From NCBI GenBank assembly GCA_035566635.1, contig DATMQY010000005.1, forward strand, positions 223,562 through 287,561: 64,000 nt of DNA. Reading direction: 5' to 3'. The number at the start of each line of letters is the position of its first letter. Positions within the stretch are counted from its first letter, which is position 1. The stretch comes from Rhodanobacter sp. GTDB taxonomy: Bacteria; Pseudomonadota; Gammaproteobacteria; Xanthomonadales; Rhodanobacteraceae. The notes beneath the pieces were generated by a model. It was not told the origin of the DNA, made no database searches, and saw nothing but the letters and a program-made list of their open reading frames with translations. The position numbers were made by a program, and so were the translations under genes. This document shows, piece by piece, positions 49,177-59,261 of this stretch.

Positions 49177-50082
49177 ATGCATGACGCGTCCGTTGCTTTC
49201 GTCACACCTGCCGGCGCGCCGCGCTGGAAGCGCTGGCTGGTGTTTTCGCCGCTAGCGCGCATGGTGATCTTCACCCTGCTGTTCATCGTCTTCAGTTTCG
49301 CGATGGGCAGATTGATCCATGTGCTGGGCTGGGGCGGCAAGGGAGCATCGGATGTCGCTCATGCCCTGGGGCAGCTGCTGATGCGCGCTCTGCCGGCGCT
49401 GCTGGCCTACCTGCTGCTGGTGAAACTGGTGGAGCGCCGCCCGGTCAGCGAGCTGGCGCTGCGCCGGTTGCTGCCGGATGGCGCCATCGGCATGCTCGCG
49501 GGCCTGCTGCTGTTCAGTGCTGTGGTCGGCGTGCTGTACCTGCTGGGCAGCTACCACGTCACCGGCACGAATCCGGATGCGCACTGGCTGCCGGCCCTGC
49601 TGATGGTCGGACTGGGCGCAGGCATCGGCGAGGAGATCATCACTCGCGGCGCGCTGTTCCGCATTGTCGAGGAAGGCCTCGGCACCTGGGCTGCACTGAT
49701 CGTCTCGGCGTTGTTCTTCGGCGCCGCGCATATCGCCAATCCGGGCGCCACGCTGTGGAGCTCGGCCGCCATCGCGATCGAGGCCGGCCTGCTGTTCGGC
49801 ATGCTGTATCACGTGACCCGCTCGCTGCCGATTTGCATGGGCGTGCATGCGGCATGGAACTTTGCCCAGGGCACGATCTACGGCATTCCCGTCTCGGGGC
49901 TCAAAACCGACGGCTGGCTGGTGTCCACCCGCAGCGGCCCGGACTGGCTCAGCGGCGGCGTGTTCGGCGCCGAGGCGTCGGTGATCGCGCTGAGCCTGTG
50001 CTCGCTGTGCACGCTCGGCCTGCTGGTTGTCGCGTTGCGGCGCGGCTCGATCGTGCCATTCATGCCGTGGCGCCGTCGCTGA
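49177..50082 (+). CDS. CPBP/Abi intramembrane metalloprotease
   Basis: EEIITRG, FGAAH, HAAWNF, GGVFGAEAS motifs. Confidence 0.9.
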   Translation: MHDASVAFVTPAGAPRWKRWLVFSPLARMVIFTLLFIVFSFAMGRLIHVLGWGGKGASDVAHALGQLLMRALPALLAYLLLVKLVERRPVSELALRRLLPDGAIGMLAGLLLFSAVVGVLYLLGSYHVTGTNPDAHWLPALLMVGLGAGIGEEIITRGALFRIVEEGLGTWAALIVSALFFGAAHIANPGATLWSSAAIAIEAGLLFGMLYHVTRSLPICMGVHAAWNFAQGTIYGIPVSGLKTDGWLVSTRSGPDWLSGGVFGAEASVIALSLCSLCTLGLLVVALRRGSIVPFMPWRRR

Positions 50083-50157
50083 ATCGTTGATGGAATGCAC
50101 GCCCGCCTTCACGGCGCGCGTGCAGCAAACAGCCGCGCAAACTGCGATGATCTTCGC

Positions 50158-53100
50158 ATGCGCCCGAACCGATCAAACCGTTCCTGGCTGGCCGACCAGC
50201 CGTTGCAGCGCAAGATGACGCTGGCGATCAGCCTGCTGCTGGGCCTGTTCCTGCTGACCAGCGGGATCACCCTGCACTCGCTGCATCAGCAGGAAAGCAA
50301 TCGGCACTGGGCCATGCACACCTACCAGGTGCTGCTCGAACTCGATGACGTGCAACGGGTGGTGCAAGGCAACCAGGTCGATGCGCGCGACTACATGCTA
50401 TCCCCCGGCACGAACCAGCTGGCGCTGTTCAAGGGCGCGACGCGCGACTTGCATGACCGCCTCGCCGAGCTGCGCCGCCTGACGGCCGACAACGTGTTGC
50501 AGCAGTCACGCATCGACTCGATCGAAGCGTTGGCGGCCCGATGGCAGCAGGAGATCACAGACAACGCGATCAATCCATTGACCGCGCTGGATCTCGGCAA
50601 CCCGGCTGCGGGCGTGGAACGGCAACGTATCCAGTCGAGCTATATGCAGCATCGCACCGTTCGGATCGAGGATCTGTCGATGCTGCTCGACCAGATGACG
50701 GCCGAGGAAAACCTGCTGTTGGTCACGCGCAAAGCGCAGCTGGATCGTACGCTTACCACCACCATGGTGATCAACGCGGTGGCGATCCTGCTGGGCCTCA
50801 TCCTCGGCATCGTGGTGATCCGGCTGACCTCGCGGCTGATCACCCGACCGCTGCGCAACCTGACCGACCTGTTGAACCGGCTGACAAAGCATGACCACAA
50901 TTTCGAGGTCGACCGGCTCGATCGGCGCGACGAGATCGGCGAAATCGCGCGCACGCTGCAGGTGTTCAAGCAGATGTCGCTCGATACGCAGGCGCAGACC
51001 TGGATCAAGGCGCAGGTCTCGGGCATTTCCCATCTTCTGCTGCAGGCCCCCACGCACAAGGAGTTCGCGCAATGGTTCATCAGCGAGCTGGTGCCGCTGT
51101 GCGAGGCCGGGGTGGGTCTGTTCTATTCGTACGATGACGCACGGCATCGACTCGACCTGCTGGGCAGCTACGGCCTGCGCCTGCGCAACCGTTCGTCGGA
51201 TCACTACATGCCCGGCGAAGGGCTGGTCGGGCAGTGCGCCGTGGAACGCAAGGCGATCATCCTCGATAACGTGCCGGCTGATTACCTGCACATCGACTCC
51301 GGCAGCGGCGAAGCGCTGCCCGGCCATCTGGCGATCCTGCCGGTGCTCTACCGAGACACCCTGATCGGCGTGCTGGAACTGGCCGGCTTCACCGCGCTCA
51401 GCCCGCTGCACCGTCAACTGCTGGAGGAACTCCTGCCGCTCGTTGCGTTGACCCTGGAAAACCTCAACCGCACGATCAGCACGCACGATCTGTTATTGCG
51501 CACGCAGGAGCAGGCCGACGAGCTGCGCGTGTCCGAGCTGGTAATGCGCCAGCAGAAACAAGTGCTGCGCGACAACAACGATGCCCTGCATGCGAAGACG
51601 GCCGAACTCGAACAGCAGTCCGAACGGCTGATCGCCTCGGAGGACGAACTGCGCAGGCAGGCCGACGAACTGCAGGCGTCCAACGCAGAATTGCGCGTAA
51701 CGACCGACGAGCTCGCGCGGGCCAGCCAGTACAAGTCCGAGTTCCTGGCCAACATGTCGCACGAGTTGCGCACACCGTTGAACAGCCTGCTGATCCTCTC
51801 GCGCAGCCTCGCCGACAACGACAGCGGCAATCTCAATGGAGAGCAGGTCGAATCGGCACGGGTCATCCATGACGCCGGCAACAGCCTGCTGTACCTGATC
51901 AACGACATCCTCGACCTGTCCAAGATCGAGGCCGGCAAGATGGAACTGATCATCGACGAGCTGTCGCTGACCGAGCTGGAACGGCGGCTCCGGCGCAGCT
52001 TTGCGCATGTCGCCGAGCAGAAGGGACTGGGTTTCACGCTGGAGATCGGGCCCGGCTTGCCGGCGATCCTGCACACCGATGCAGGCAAGCTCGAACAGAT
52101 CACCAACAACCTGCTCAGCAACGCATTCAAGTTCACCGTGCGCGGCGGGGTCAGCGTGCGGATCGGCCGGCCCGGCAGCGAACTCGCCGTCCCCGCCGCG
52201 CTGCGCGACCAGCCGCTGCTCGCGCTGACGGTCAGTGACACCGGCATCGGCATCCCGCGCGACAAGTTCGAGCGCATCTTCAACGCGTTCGAACAGGTCG
52301 ATGCGGGCACCAGTCGGCAGTTCGGCGGCACCGGGCTGGGCCTGGCGATCTCGCGGCGAATGGCCTTGCTGCTGGGCGGCGACATCGTGCTACACAGTGA
52401 AAGCGGTCGCGGCAGCGCCTTCACCGTGCTGCTGCCCGAGACGCCGCCGGCGCCATCACTCGAATCGGCCGACGCCGCGCCAAGGCCAAACACTGCAACG
52501 CCGGCGCGAGCGACATCGCCGCACCTGTTGCCGGACGTGGTCGACGACGACCGTCATTCGCTGCTGCCCGGTCAGACCACGATCCTGGTGATCGAGGACG
52601 ACCCCGTGTTTGCGCGCATCCTGATCGACATGATCCACCGCAAAGGCTACCGCGCACTGGCCGCTGCCGATGGCGAATCCGGATTGCTGCTGGCGCGACA
52701 GCATCGCCCCAGCGGCATCCTGCTGGATGTCGCGCTGCCGACGATGGATGGCTGGGCGGTGCTCGACCAGCTCCGCGCCGACGACGCCACCCGCACGATT
52801 CCGGTGCACTGCATCTCGGTCACCGACGAGGCCCCGCGCGCGCTGGCACGCGGCGCGATCGGCTTCCTGACCAAGCCGGTCAGCCGCGAATCGATCGGGC
52901 TCGCGCTCGAACGCCTGCTGCTCGTCGCCAGCGGGCAGCAGGCCGGGGATAACGGCGGCAGCGCCGTGCCCGCGACGGCCGGTCCGCCACCACCGGTCGC
53001 GGGACTGAGCGGCCATCGAGTGCTACTGGTGGACGACGATATGCGCAATCTGTTTGCGCTGTCCAAGGTGCTGCGTGGCTGGGGGTTGCAGGTGAGCCTG

Positions 53101-53379
53101 GCGCAGGACGGCCACAAGGCGTTGAGGATGCTGGCCGACGAGGCCGCCCCGGAGCTGCTTCTGATGGACATCATGATGCCGGGCATGGACGGCTACGAGG
53201 TGCTGCGCACGATCCGCGCGCAGCCGCGGTTCGCCCAGTTGCCGATCATCGCGCTGACCGCCAAGGCGATGCATGGCGATCGCGAGAAGTGCATGGCCAT
53301 GGGCGCCAGCGACTATCTGTCCAAACCGATCGACATCGATCGGCTGGCGGCCATGCTGCGGAGCTGGCTGCCGCGTTGA
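50158..53379 (+). CDS. Hybrid sensor kinase (CHASE3-HAMP-GAF-HisKA-HATPase-REC-REC)
   Basis: WAMHTYQV (CHASE3), RRDEIGEIA (HAMP), GEGLVGQ (GAF), SHELRTPLNS, GTGLGLAIS, two REC domains. Confidence 0.9.
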   Translation: MRPNRSNRSWLADQPLQRKMTLAISLLLGLFLLTSGITLHSLHQQESNRHWAMHTYQVLLELDDVQRVVQGNQVDARDYMLSPGTNQLALFKGATRDLHDRLAELRRLTADNVLQQSRIDSIEALAARWQQEITDNAINPLTALDLGNPAAGVERQRIQSSYMQHRTVRIEDLSMLLDQMTAEENLLLVTRKAQLDRTLTTTMVINAVAILLGLILGIVVIRLTSRLITRPLRNLTDLLNRLTKHDHNFEVDRLDRRDEIGEIARTLQVFKQMSLDTQAQTWIKAQVSGISHLLLQAPTHKEFAQWFISELVPLCEAGVGLFYSYDDARHRLDLLGSYGLRLRNRSSDHYMPGEGLVGQCAVERKAIILDNVPADYLHIDSGSGEALPGHLAILPVLYRDTLIGVLELAGFTALSPLHRQLLEELLPLVALTLENLNRTISTHDLLLRTQEQADELRVSELVMRQQKQVLRDNNDALHAKTAELEQQSERLIASEDELRRQADELQASNAELRVTTDELARASQYKSEFLANMSHELRTPLNSLLILSRSLADNDSGNLNGEQVESARVIHDAGNSLLYLINDILDLSKIEAGKMELIIDELSLTELERRLRRSFAHVAEQKGLGFTLEIGPGLPAILHTDAGKLEQITNNLLSNAFKFTVRGGVSVRIGRPGSELAVPAALRDQPLLALTVSDTGIGIPRDKFERIFNAFEQVDAGTSRQFGGTGLGLAISRRMALLLGGDIVLHSESGRGSAFTVLLPETPPAPSLESADAAPRPNTATPARATSPHLLPDVVDDDRHSLLPGQTTILVIEDDPVFARILIDMIHRKGYRALAAADGESGLLLARQHRPSGILLDVALPTMDGWAVLDQLRADDATRTIPVHCISVTDEAPRALARGAIGFLTKPVSRESIGLALERLLLVASGQQAGDNGGSAVPATAGPPPPVAGLSGHRVLLVDDDMRNLFALSKVLRGWGLQVSLAQDGHKALRMLADEAAPELLLMDIMMPGMDGYEVLRTIRAQPRFAQLPIIALTAKAMHGDREKCMAMGASDYLSKPIDIDRLAAMLRSWLPR

Positions 53380-53477
53380 TCCCCCGGCCTCGGTGGCGGC
53401 AATGCCGCTAATTTCACACCGATCGGCAATGGCGCGGTTTAAGGTTGCCACACGGGATGCCACTTGGTGCGAACGTG

Positions 53478-54470
53478 ATGCTGCCGAAAATTCTGATCGT
53501 CGACGATACCGCCGCCAACCTGGTTGCCATGCGCCGACTGCTCGCACACAGCGGTGCGCAGATCTTCGAGGCGCGCAGCGGCAACGAAGCGCTGGCGTTG
53601 TGCCTGGATCACCGGTTTGCGTTGATCCTGCTCGACGTCCACATGCCCGACATGGACGGTTTCGAGGTGGCCACCTTGCTGGGCGAGGCCGAGCAACTGC
53701 GCGACACACCGATCATCTTCGTCACCGCCGCCTATGCCGATGACCTGAACCGCCTCAAGGGTTACCGCTCCGGCGCCGTCGATTACATCGCCAAGCCGAT
53801 CAACGACGTGATCCTGCAGTCCAAGGTACGCGTGTTCCTGGAGCTGTATGCGGCGCGTGCCGAACTGCAGCAGGCCATGGCCGAACTGGCCGAGCGCAAC
53901 CAGCAGCTCACTCAGGAAGTCGCCGAACGCGAGCTGATCGAGGCGATGGTTCGCCACCAGGCCAGCCACGATATGTTGACCGGCCTGCCGAACCGCATGC
54001 TGTTCCGCGACCGGCTGCACGTGGCGATTCAGCGCGCGCATCGCCATCACGACAGCTTCGCGCTGGCCTGCATCGACATCGACGGCTTCAAGGACATCAA
54101 CGACGAACATGGCCATCCGGCCGGCGACGCTTTGCTGCAGGACATCGCGGCGCGGCTGTCGGCGCAGCTGCGCGGCAACGACACCGTGGCGCGGCTGGGC
54201 GGCGACGAATTCGCGCTGATCCTGGAGGACATCGAGGATCCGCAGCAGGCACTGCAGCTCTGCCAGAAATTGTGTGCGGCGCTGAGCGAGCCTTACGCGC
54301 TGCGCGTCAACGGCAGTTCGGTCGACGTGCGCATCGGCGCCAGCATCGGTATCGTGCCCTACCTTCCCGATGACCGGCCCGATGCCGACGAGCAGTTGAT
54401 CCAGGCCGCCGACCGCGCCATGTATACGGCCAAGCGCAGCGGCAAGAATCGTTGCGTGCTGGCAGACTGA
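53478..54470 (+). CDS. REC-GGDEF diguanylate cyclase
   Basis: REC (IVDD, LDVHMP, KP), HDMLTGLPNR, RxxD I-site (RGND), intact GGDEF. Confidence 0.93.
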   Translation: MLPKILIVDDTAANLVAMRRLLAHSGAQIFEARSGNEALALCLDHRFALILLDVHMPDMDGFEVATLLGEAEQLRDTPIIFVTAAYADDLNRLKGYRSGAVDYIAKPINDVILQSKVRVFLELYAARAELQQAMAELAERNQQLTQEVAERELIEAMVRHQASHDMLTGLPNRMLFRDRLHVAIQRAHRHHDSFALACIDIDGFKDINDEHGHPAGDALLQDIAARLSAQLRGNDTVARLGGDEFALILEDIEDPQQALQLCQKLCAALSEPYALRVNGSSVDVRIGASIGIVPYLPDDRPDADEQLIQAADRAMYTAKRSGKNRCVLAD

Positions 54471-54494
54471 GCCCACGCACCACAGACAACACGT

Positions 54495-54968
54495 TCAGGC
54501 GTGCTTGCGCGGCGACATCCACATCATCACACGTGCGCGGAAAACCACCTCGCCGGCGGCATCGGTGACTTGCACATTGACTGGCCACTCATAGCCTGCG
54601 GCAGCAGAATGCACCGCCGTCTCGGGCGTGGCGACTCCATGCAAGGTGCCCACCGCCTTTTTCAGGTACTCGACGGTCATGCCCTTGGGAATCCAGCGCA
54701 TGTCGGCCGGAATGGTCGCGTCGGTCATCACACCGGCGCTGAGTTCGGCCAGGTTGCACAACGCGATCGCATGCACGGTGCCGATGTGGTTGTGCACGCG
54801 CCGACGGTCGCGAATACGCACTTCGCAACGCCCCGCCTCCAGCGCCACGAATCGCGGCGCGATTGTGGCGAAGTAAGGCGCCTTGAAACAGACCAGTCGC
54901 GAAAAAATCCAGTGGCCCGCTGGCCAGCGTGTGATGCGACGGTATAGCGACAGCACGGACGCACTCAT
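54495..54968 (-). CDS. Hotdog-fold thioesterase (DUF4442-like)
   Basis: APYFATIAP, HNHIGTVHAIALCNLAE, RWIPKGMTVEYL. Confidence 0.85.
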   Translation of the reverse strand: MSASVLSLYRRITRWPAGHWIFSRLVCFKAPYFATIAPRFVALEAGRCEVRIRDRRRVHNHIGTVHAIALCNLAELSAGVMTDATIPADMRWIPKGMTVEYLKKAVGTLHGVATPETAVHSAAAGYEWPVNVQVTDAAGEVVFRARVMMWMSPRKHA

Positions 54969-55056
54969 CGACAACTCTCCGGGAAAAGCCAACACGCGCC
55001 TGATGTCGTGCGAGCCACATCAAGCGCGAGCCAGTATGGGCAGGCTTGCCAGCTTC

Positions 55057-57504
55057 CTACTTGTCCGCGCGGGTCTTGAGCGCGCGCAGCTCGTCGGGTT
55101 CGAAGTCGTCCACCGAGATGAACTCGAACACGCCCTCGCGCACGCGCTTGAGCAACGCCACCTCGCTGGCATTCAGCACGCCGGACTGTTCGGCTTCGGC
55201 CAGCTGGTCCATGTAATCGTGCGCCGTGAACTGGCCACTCTTGAGCGCCTTGCCGAACTTGCGATCGACCGGCTCCGCCGCGATCACGTCCGGTAGCAAC
55301 GCATTCATGCGGCCGATGGTGTTGTTTGCGGTCGGGGTCAGGTAGACCCATTCCATCAGCCGATCGCGCGCCTCGCTGGGGGCGGTGATCAGCGCGGCGA
55401 CACGGCGACCCAGCCGATCGGACGGCGGCACTTCACGGCGACCGAACGGGAACACCAGCGCGCGCAGCAGCCACGACACCGGGCGCACCGGGAAATTGCG
55501 GATCGCGCCATCGAGCGCCATCTGCATGTTCCACACGCACTGGTGGAACGCCCATGCCAGCAGCGGACGATCCGCTTCCGGCCGGCCGGTATCCTCGTAG
55601 CGCTTGAGCATTGCGCTGGCTATATACAGATAGCTCAGCACGTCACCGAGGCGCGCGGACAGTTTTTCCTTGAACTTCAGCTTGCCGCCGAGCACACCCA
55701 TGAACACGTCGGCGCACAACGCCAGCGCGGCGGAGTAACGATCGAGCTTGCGATAGTAGCGACGGGTATAGGCGTCGCCGGCGCTCTCGCCGAGACGCGA
55801 ACCGGTAAGGCCCATCGCGAAGCTGCGCACCGCGTTGGAGATGCCGAAACCAATGTGACCGAACAGCAGCCGGTCGAACGTCTTCAGCTGCTCGCCGCGA
55901 TCGGTGATCGACAGTGCCTGCATTTCCTTCAGCACGTATGGATGACAGCGAATCGCACCCTGCCCGAAGATCATCAGGCTGCGCGTCATGATGTTGGCGC
56001 CTTCCACGGTGATCGCGATCGGTACGCCTTGCCAGGCCCGGCCGGCATAGTTGCTCGGACCGAGTTGCACGCCCTTGCCACCGAGCACGTCCATCGCGTC
56101 GCCGGCGATCTGCCGACCCCATTCGGTGGCGTGGTATTTCGCGATCGCCGACGGCACCGCCGGCTTCTCGCCGCGATCGACCGCGGCGGCGGTGGCGCGC
56201 GAGAGCGCCGCAGTGGCATAGGTCAGGCCACCAATGCGAGCCAGCGCTTCTTCCACACCCTCGAACCGGGCGATCGCCAGGCCGAACTGCTTGCGCATGC
56301 GCGCATACGCGCCGACCGACGCCACTGCCGCGCGTACACCACCGGTGGCGTTGGACGGCAGCGAAATCGCTCGGCCCACCGAAAGACACTCGACCAGCAT
56401 GCGCCAGCCGTGGCCGGCCATGTGTGGCCCACCGATCAACGTGGACAGCGGCACGAACATGTCCTTGCCGTGGATCGGACCATTCTGGAACGGCACGTTC
56501 AACGGGAAGTGACGACGACCGATCTGCAGCCCCGGCGTCGAACGCGGCAGCAAGGCCAGCGTGATGCCGAGGTCATCCTTGTCGCCGAGCAGGTGCTCGG
56601 GGTCGTACATGCGGAAGGCCAGACCGACCACCGTGGCAACCGGCGCAAGCGTGATGTAGCGCTTGTCGAAGGTAAGCTTGATGCCGATCGTGTCGACGCC
56701 ATCGACAGTCTGCTTGCAGACGATCCCGAAATCGGGGATCGAGGTGGCATCGGAGCCGGCATACGGGCCGGTCAGCGCGAAACAGGGAATTTCCTCGCCG
56801 ACGGCCAGTCGCGGCAGGTAGTAGTTTTTCTGTTCGTCGCTGCCGTAATGCAGCAGCAGCTCGGCCGGCCCGAGCGAATTCGGCACCGCGACGGTCGAGG
56901 CCACCGTGGCCGACATCGTGGCCAGCTTCTGCAGCACCGCCGAATGCGCCAGCGCGGAGAACTGCAGGCCGCCGTACTGCTTCGGGATGATCATGCCGAA
57001 GAAGCGATGTTTCTTGATGAACTCCCACACGTTCGGCGGCAGGTCGGCCAGCTCGTGGGTGATCTGCCAGTCGTCGATCATCCCGCACAGTTCTTCCACC
57101 GGACCGTCGAGGAAGACCTGCTCCTCCACGCTCAATTCTGGCTTCGGCTGCTTCAGCAGTTCGTGCCAGTCCGGTTTGCCGGAGAACAGCTCGCCCTCGA
57201 AACCGACCGTGCCCGCTTCCAGCGCGGTCTGCTCGGTCTCGGACAGCTTCGGAGTGACCTTGGCGAACAGCTTCAGCAGCGGCGCACTGATCTGCCTGCG
57301 ACGGAAATCCACCAGCAGCAGTGGCACCGCAATCGCCAGCTCGATGATCAGCAAGATCACCATCGTCCACGGCGCCTGCGCGATCAGACCGACCACCAGC
57401 GTGGTGACGATCGTGGCGATTGCCCAGGTACGCAGGCTGCTGCGATGGTAGGCACATGCGCCGGTGGCAATCAGCGCCGCCAGCAGGGTCAGTATCACGG
57501 ACAT
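55057..57504 (-). CDS. fadE: Long-chain acyl-CoA dehydrogenase (FadE type)
   Basis: ALEAGTV, VPNSLGPAELL, CFALTGPYAGSDA, GWRMLVECLSVGR, ITVEGANIMTR. GAGGTG RBS. Confidence 0.93.
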   Translation of the reverse strand: MSVILTLLAALIATGACAYHRSSLRTWAIATIVTTLVVGLIAQAPWTMVILLIIELAIAVPLLLVDFRRRQISAPLLKLFAKVTPKLSETEQTALEAGTVGFEGELFSGKPDWHELLKQPKPELSVEEQVFLDGPVEELCGMIDDWQITHELADLPPNVWEFIKKHRFFGMIIPKQYGGLQFSALAHSAVLQKLATMSATVASTVAVPNSLGPAELLLHYGSDEQKNYYLPRLAVGEEIPCFALTGPYAGSDATSIPDFGIVCKQTVDGVDTIGIKLTFDKRYITLAPVATVVGLAFRMYDPEHLLGDKDDLGITLALLPRSTPGLQIGRRHFPLNVPFQNGPIHGKDMFVPLSTLIGGPHMAGHGWRMLVECLSVGRAISLPSNATGGVRAAVASVGAYARMRKQFGLAIARFEGVEEALARIGGLTYATAALSRATAAAVDRGEKPAVPSAIAKYHATEWGRQIAGDAMDVLGGKGVQLGPSNYAGRAWQGVPIAITVEGANIMTRSLMIFGQGAIRCHPYVLKEMQALSITDRGEQLKTFDRLLFGHIGFGISNAVRSFAMGLTGSRLGESAGDAYTRRYYRKLDRYSAALALCADVFMGVLGGKLKFKEKLSARLGDVLSYLYIASAMLKRYEDTGRPEADRPLLAWAFHQCVWNMQMALDGAIRNFPVRPVSWLLRALVFPFGRREVPPSDRLGRRVAALITAPSEARDRLMEWVYLTPTANNTIGRMNALLPDVIAAEPVDRKFGKALKSGQFTAHDYMDQLAEAEQSGVLNASEVALLKRVREGVFEFISVDDFEPDELRALKTRADK

Positions 57505-57517
57505 CTTGAGCACCTCA

Positions 57518-58417
57518 TCACGGTTGGACAGCGCCGGCATGCCGCCGGTCGACAGATGGAGCAAGGCTCTGCACGAAGCGGACGACTTCGCGCGTAAACG
57601 CATCATTCGCGTCGCCCGCCACCATGTGCGTGGCGTGCGGGAGTTCCGCATGCTTTGCATGCGGCACCAATTGCAGAAATTCATCGACGGTGGCACGCGA
57701 GACCACGTCGCTGCGTGCGCCGGACAGCAGCAGCACGGGCACGTCGATCTTCGCCGCGGCCGCCTGCAGGCGTGGCTGGTAACGCTCGCTCTCCTGCACC
57801 ACACCACCGGCCAGCAGGGCCGGATCCCAATGCCAGCGCAGCCGGCCGTCGGTGCCTTCGCGCAGCAGCGGGCGCAGTTGCTCCTCGCTCTTGCGCTCGC
57901 GACGCTGCGGCAGATATACGGCGATCTGCTCGGCCGCCTCGGCGTAATCCGCGAAGCCGTCCGGATGCGCCTGCATGAACGCGAGAATGCGCTCCACCCC
58001 GGCGGTTTCCCAGCGCGGCGTGATGTCGACCAGCACCAACGCGCGGAACGGCGTCGGTCGTACTTCGCCGGCGAGCACGATGCCGAGCAAGCCGCCCATC
58101 GACGCGCCGACCAGGATCGGCGGCTCGGGCTGCGTCGCGGCCAGTCGCAGCAAGTCGTCGGCAAACTGATCCATATGGTATTCACCGTCGGCCACGCGAT
58201 CGCTTTCGCCATGACCGCGGGTATCGAACGTCACACAACGGCAACCGGTATCGGCCAGTGCCGTGGCCGCACCGTTCCAGGCACCGCGGGTCTGGCCGAA
58301 ACCATGCGCAAACAGCAGCGCCGGATGGCCGGCCGGATTGCGCGTCTCCACCGCGAGACTCAAGTCGGCAACGGGGAAACGGCTGACAGCATGGAAGGAT
58401 GGGATATCGGAAACCAT
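57518..58417 (-). CDS. Alpha/beta hydrolase
   Basis: FAHGFGQ, GASMGG, ATHMVAGD. Confidence 0.9.
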   Translation of the reverse strand: MVSDIPSFHAVSRFPVADLSLAVETRNPAGHPALLFAHGFGQTRGAWNGAATALADTGCRCVTFDTRGHGESDRVADGEYHMDQFADDLLRLAATQPEPPILVGASMGGLLGIVLAGEVRPTPFRALVLVDITPRWETAGVERILAFMQAHPDGFADYAEAAEQIAVYLPQRRERKSEEQLRPLLREGTDGRLRWHWDPALLAGGVVQESERYQPRLQAAAAKIDVPVLLLSGARSDVVSRATVDEFLQLVPHAKHAELPHATHMVAGDANDAFTREVVRFVQSLAPSVDRRHAGAVQP

Positions 58418-58431
58418 ACGGATGAGTATGG
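58414..58431. promoter_or_regulatory. Putative TetR operator overlapping the hydrolase start codon
   Basis: Perfect CCATAC-N6-GTATGG. A degenerate copy CCATAC-N6-GAATGT lies at 58548-58565 over the TetR start. Confidence 0.55.
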
Positions 58432-58557
58432 ATTGCCTCGACGCTTGCCGTCAACCGCCCCTTCGGCGACCTTCAAGCAAGCTGAAAATAGCCAATACAT
58501 TCAGCCAGATTGGCCGTACCCCATTACAAATACACAGGGTGTGGCTACCATACGCAC

Positions 58558-59136
58558 ATGAATGTCAGCAGCAAGCCAGAACGCACCCGTCTGTCCGCCG
58601 AAGATTGGGAACTCGCCGCCCTGCACCTGATTGCCGAGCAGGGCGTCGGCGCACTCGCCGTCGAGGCACTGGCGCGCCAGCTGGGCGTGACCAAGGGCAG
58701 CTTCTACTGGCATTTCCGTACCCGCGAAGCCTTGTTGAATGCGGCACTGGAACGCTGGGAGCAGTATGGCGAGCGCGAGGTACTCGGCCAGATCGAACAG
58801 ATCGCCGACCCGCGCAAGCGCCTGCCCGAGCTGTTTCGCCGGGTGGCGCACGAGTTGCAGCCGCATCGCGTGTATGCCTCGCTGCTGAAGGCGCTGGATC
58901 ATCCGCAGGTGGTGCCGGTGATGGCTCGCGTGTCGCAGCGGCGGATGGAGTTCCTGACCACCGCCTATCGCGAGGCTGGCCTGCCGGCGCCGCAGGCATT
59001 GAACCGGGCTCGCCTGACCTACGCCGCCTACGTGGGCTTCCTGCAGCTGAACTTCACGTTGGGCCTGCCGCGGATCAATCACGAGGAATTCGACGCCTAC
59101 GTCGAACACATGATCGCGACGCTGATTCCGGCCTGA
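58558..59136 (+). CDS. TetR/AcrR-family regulator
   Basis: LAVEALARQLGVTKGSFYWHF HTH; divergent from the hydrolase-fadE-thioesterase operon. Confidence 0.92.
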   Translation: MNVSSKPERTRLSAEDWELAALHLIAEQGVGALAVEALARQLGVTKGSFYWHFRTREALLNAALERWEQYGEREVLGQIEQIADPRKRLPELFRRVAHELQPHRVYASLLKALDHPQVVPVMARVSQRRMEFLTTAYREAGLPAPQALNRARLTYAAYVGFLQLNFTLGLPRINHEEFDAYVEHMIATLIPA

Positions 59137-59160
59137 TCCCCTTCGCAGCACACGGCCCGC

Positions 59161-59184
59161 ACGGCGCCTATCGGCGCCGTTTTT
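59161..59184 (+). terminator. Rho-independent terminator
   Basis: ACGGCGCC-tatc-GGCGCCGT-TTTT after the TetR stop. Confidence 0.75.
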
Positions 59185-59261
59185 ATTGCACGAAACCTTG
59201 CAATACCAGTGCACGCAAACTAACGTTTCAGATCAAATTTTACGAAATCCAGAGGGACGCG

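Noticed and set aside
55057-58212. 1051-aa ORF suggesting a hydrolase-FadE fusion
   Set aside because: The upstream part is an off-frame read of the separate hydrolase gene; fadE has its own GAGGTG RBS and ATG at 57504.
58263-59261. N-terminal extension of the pckG ORF
   Set aside because: It overlaps the TetR gene in another frame; the true start at 59262 has an AGAGGG RBS.
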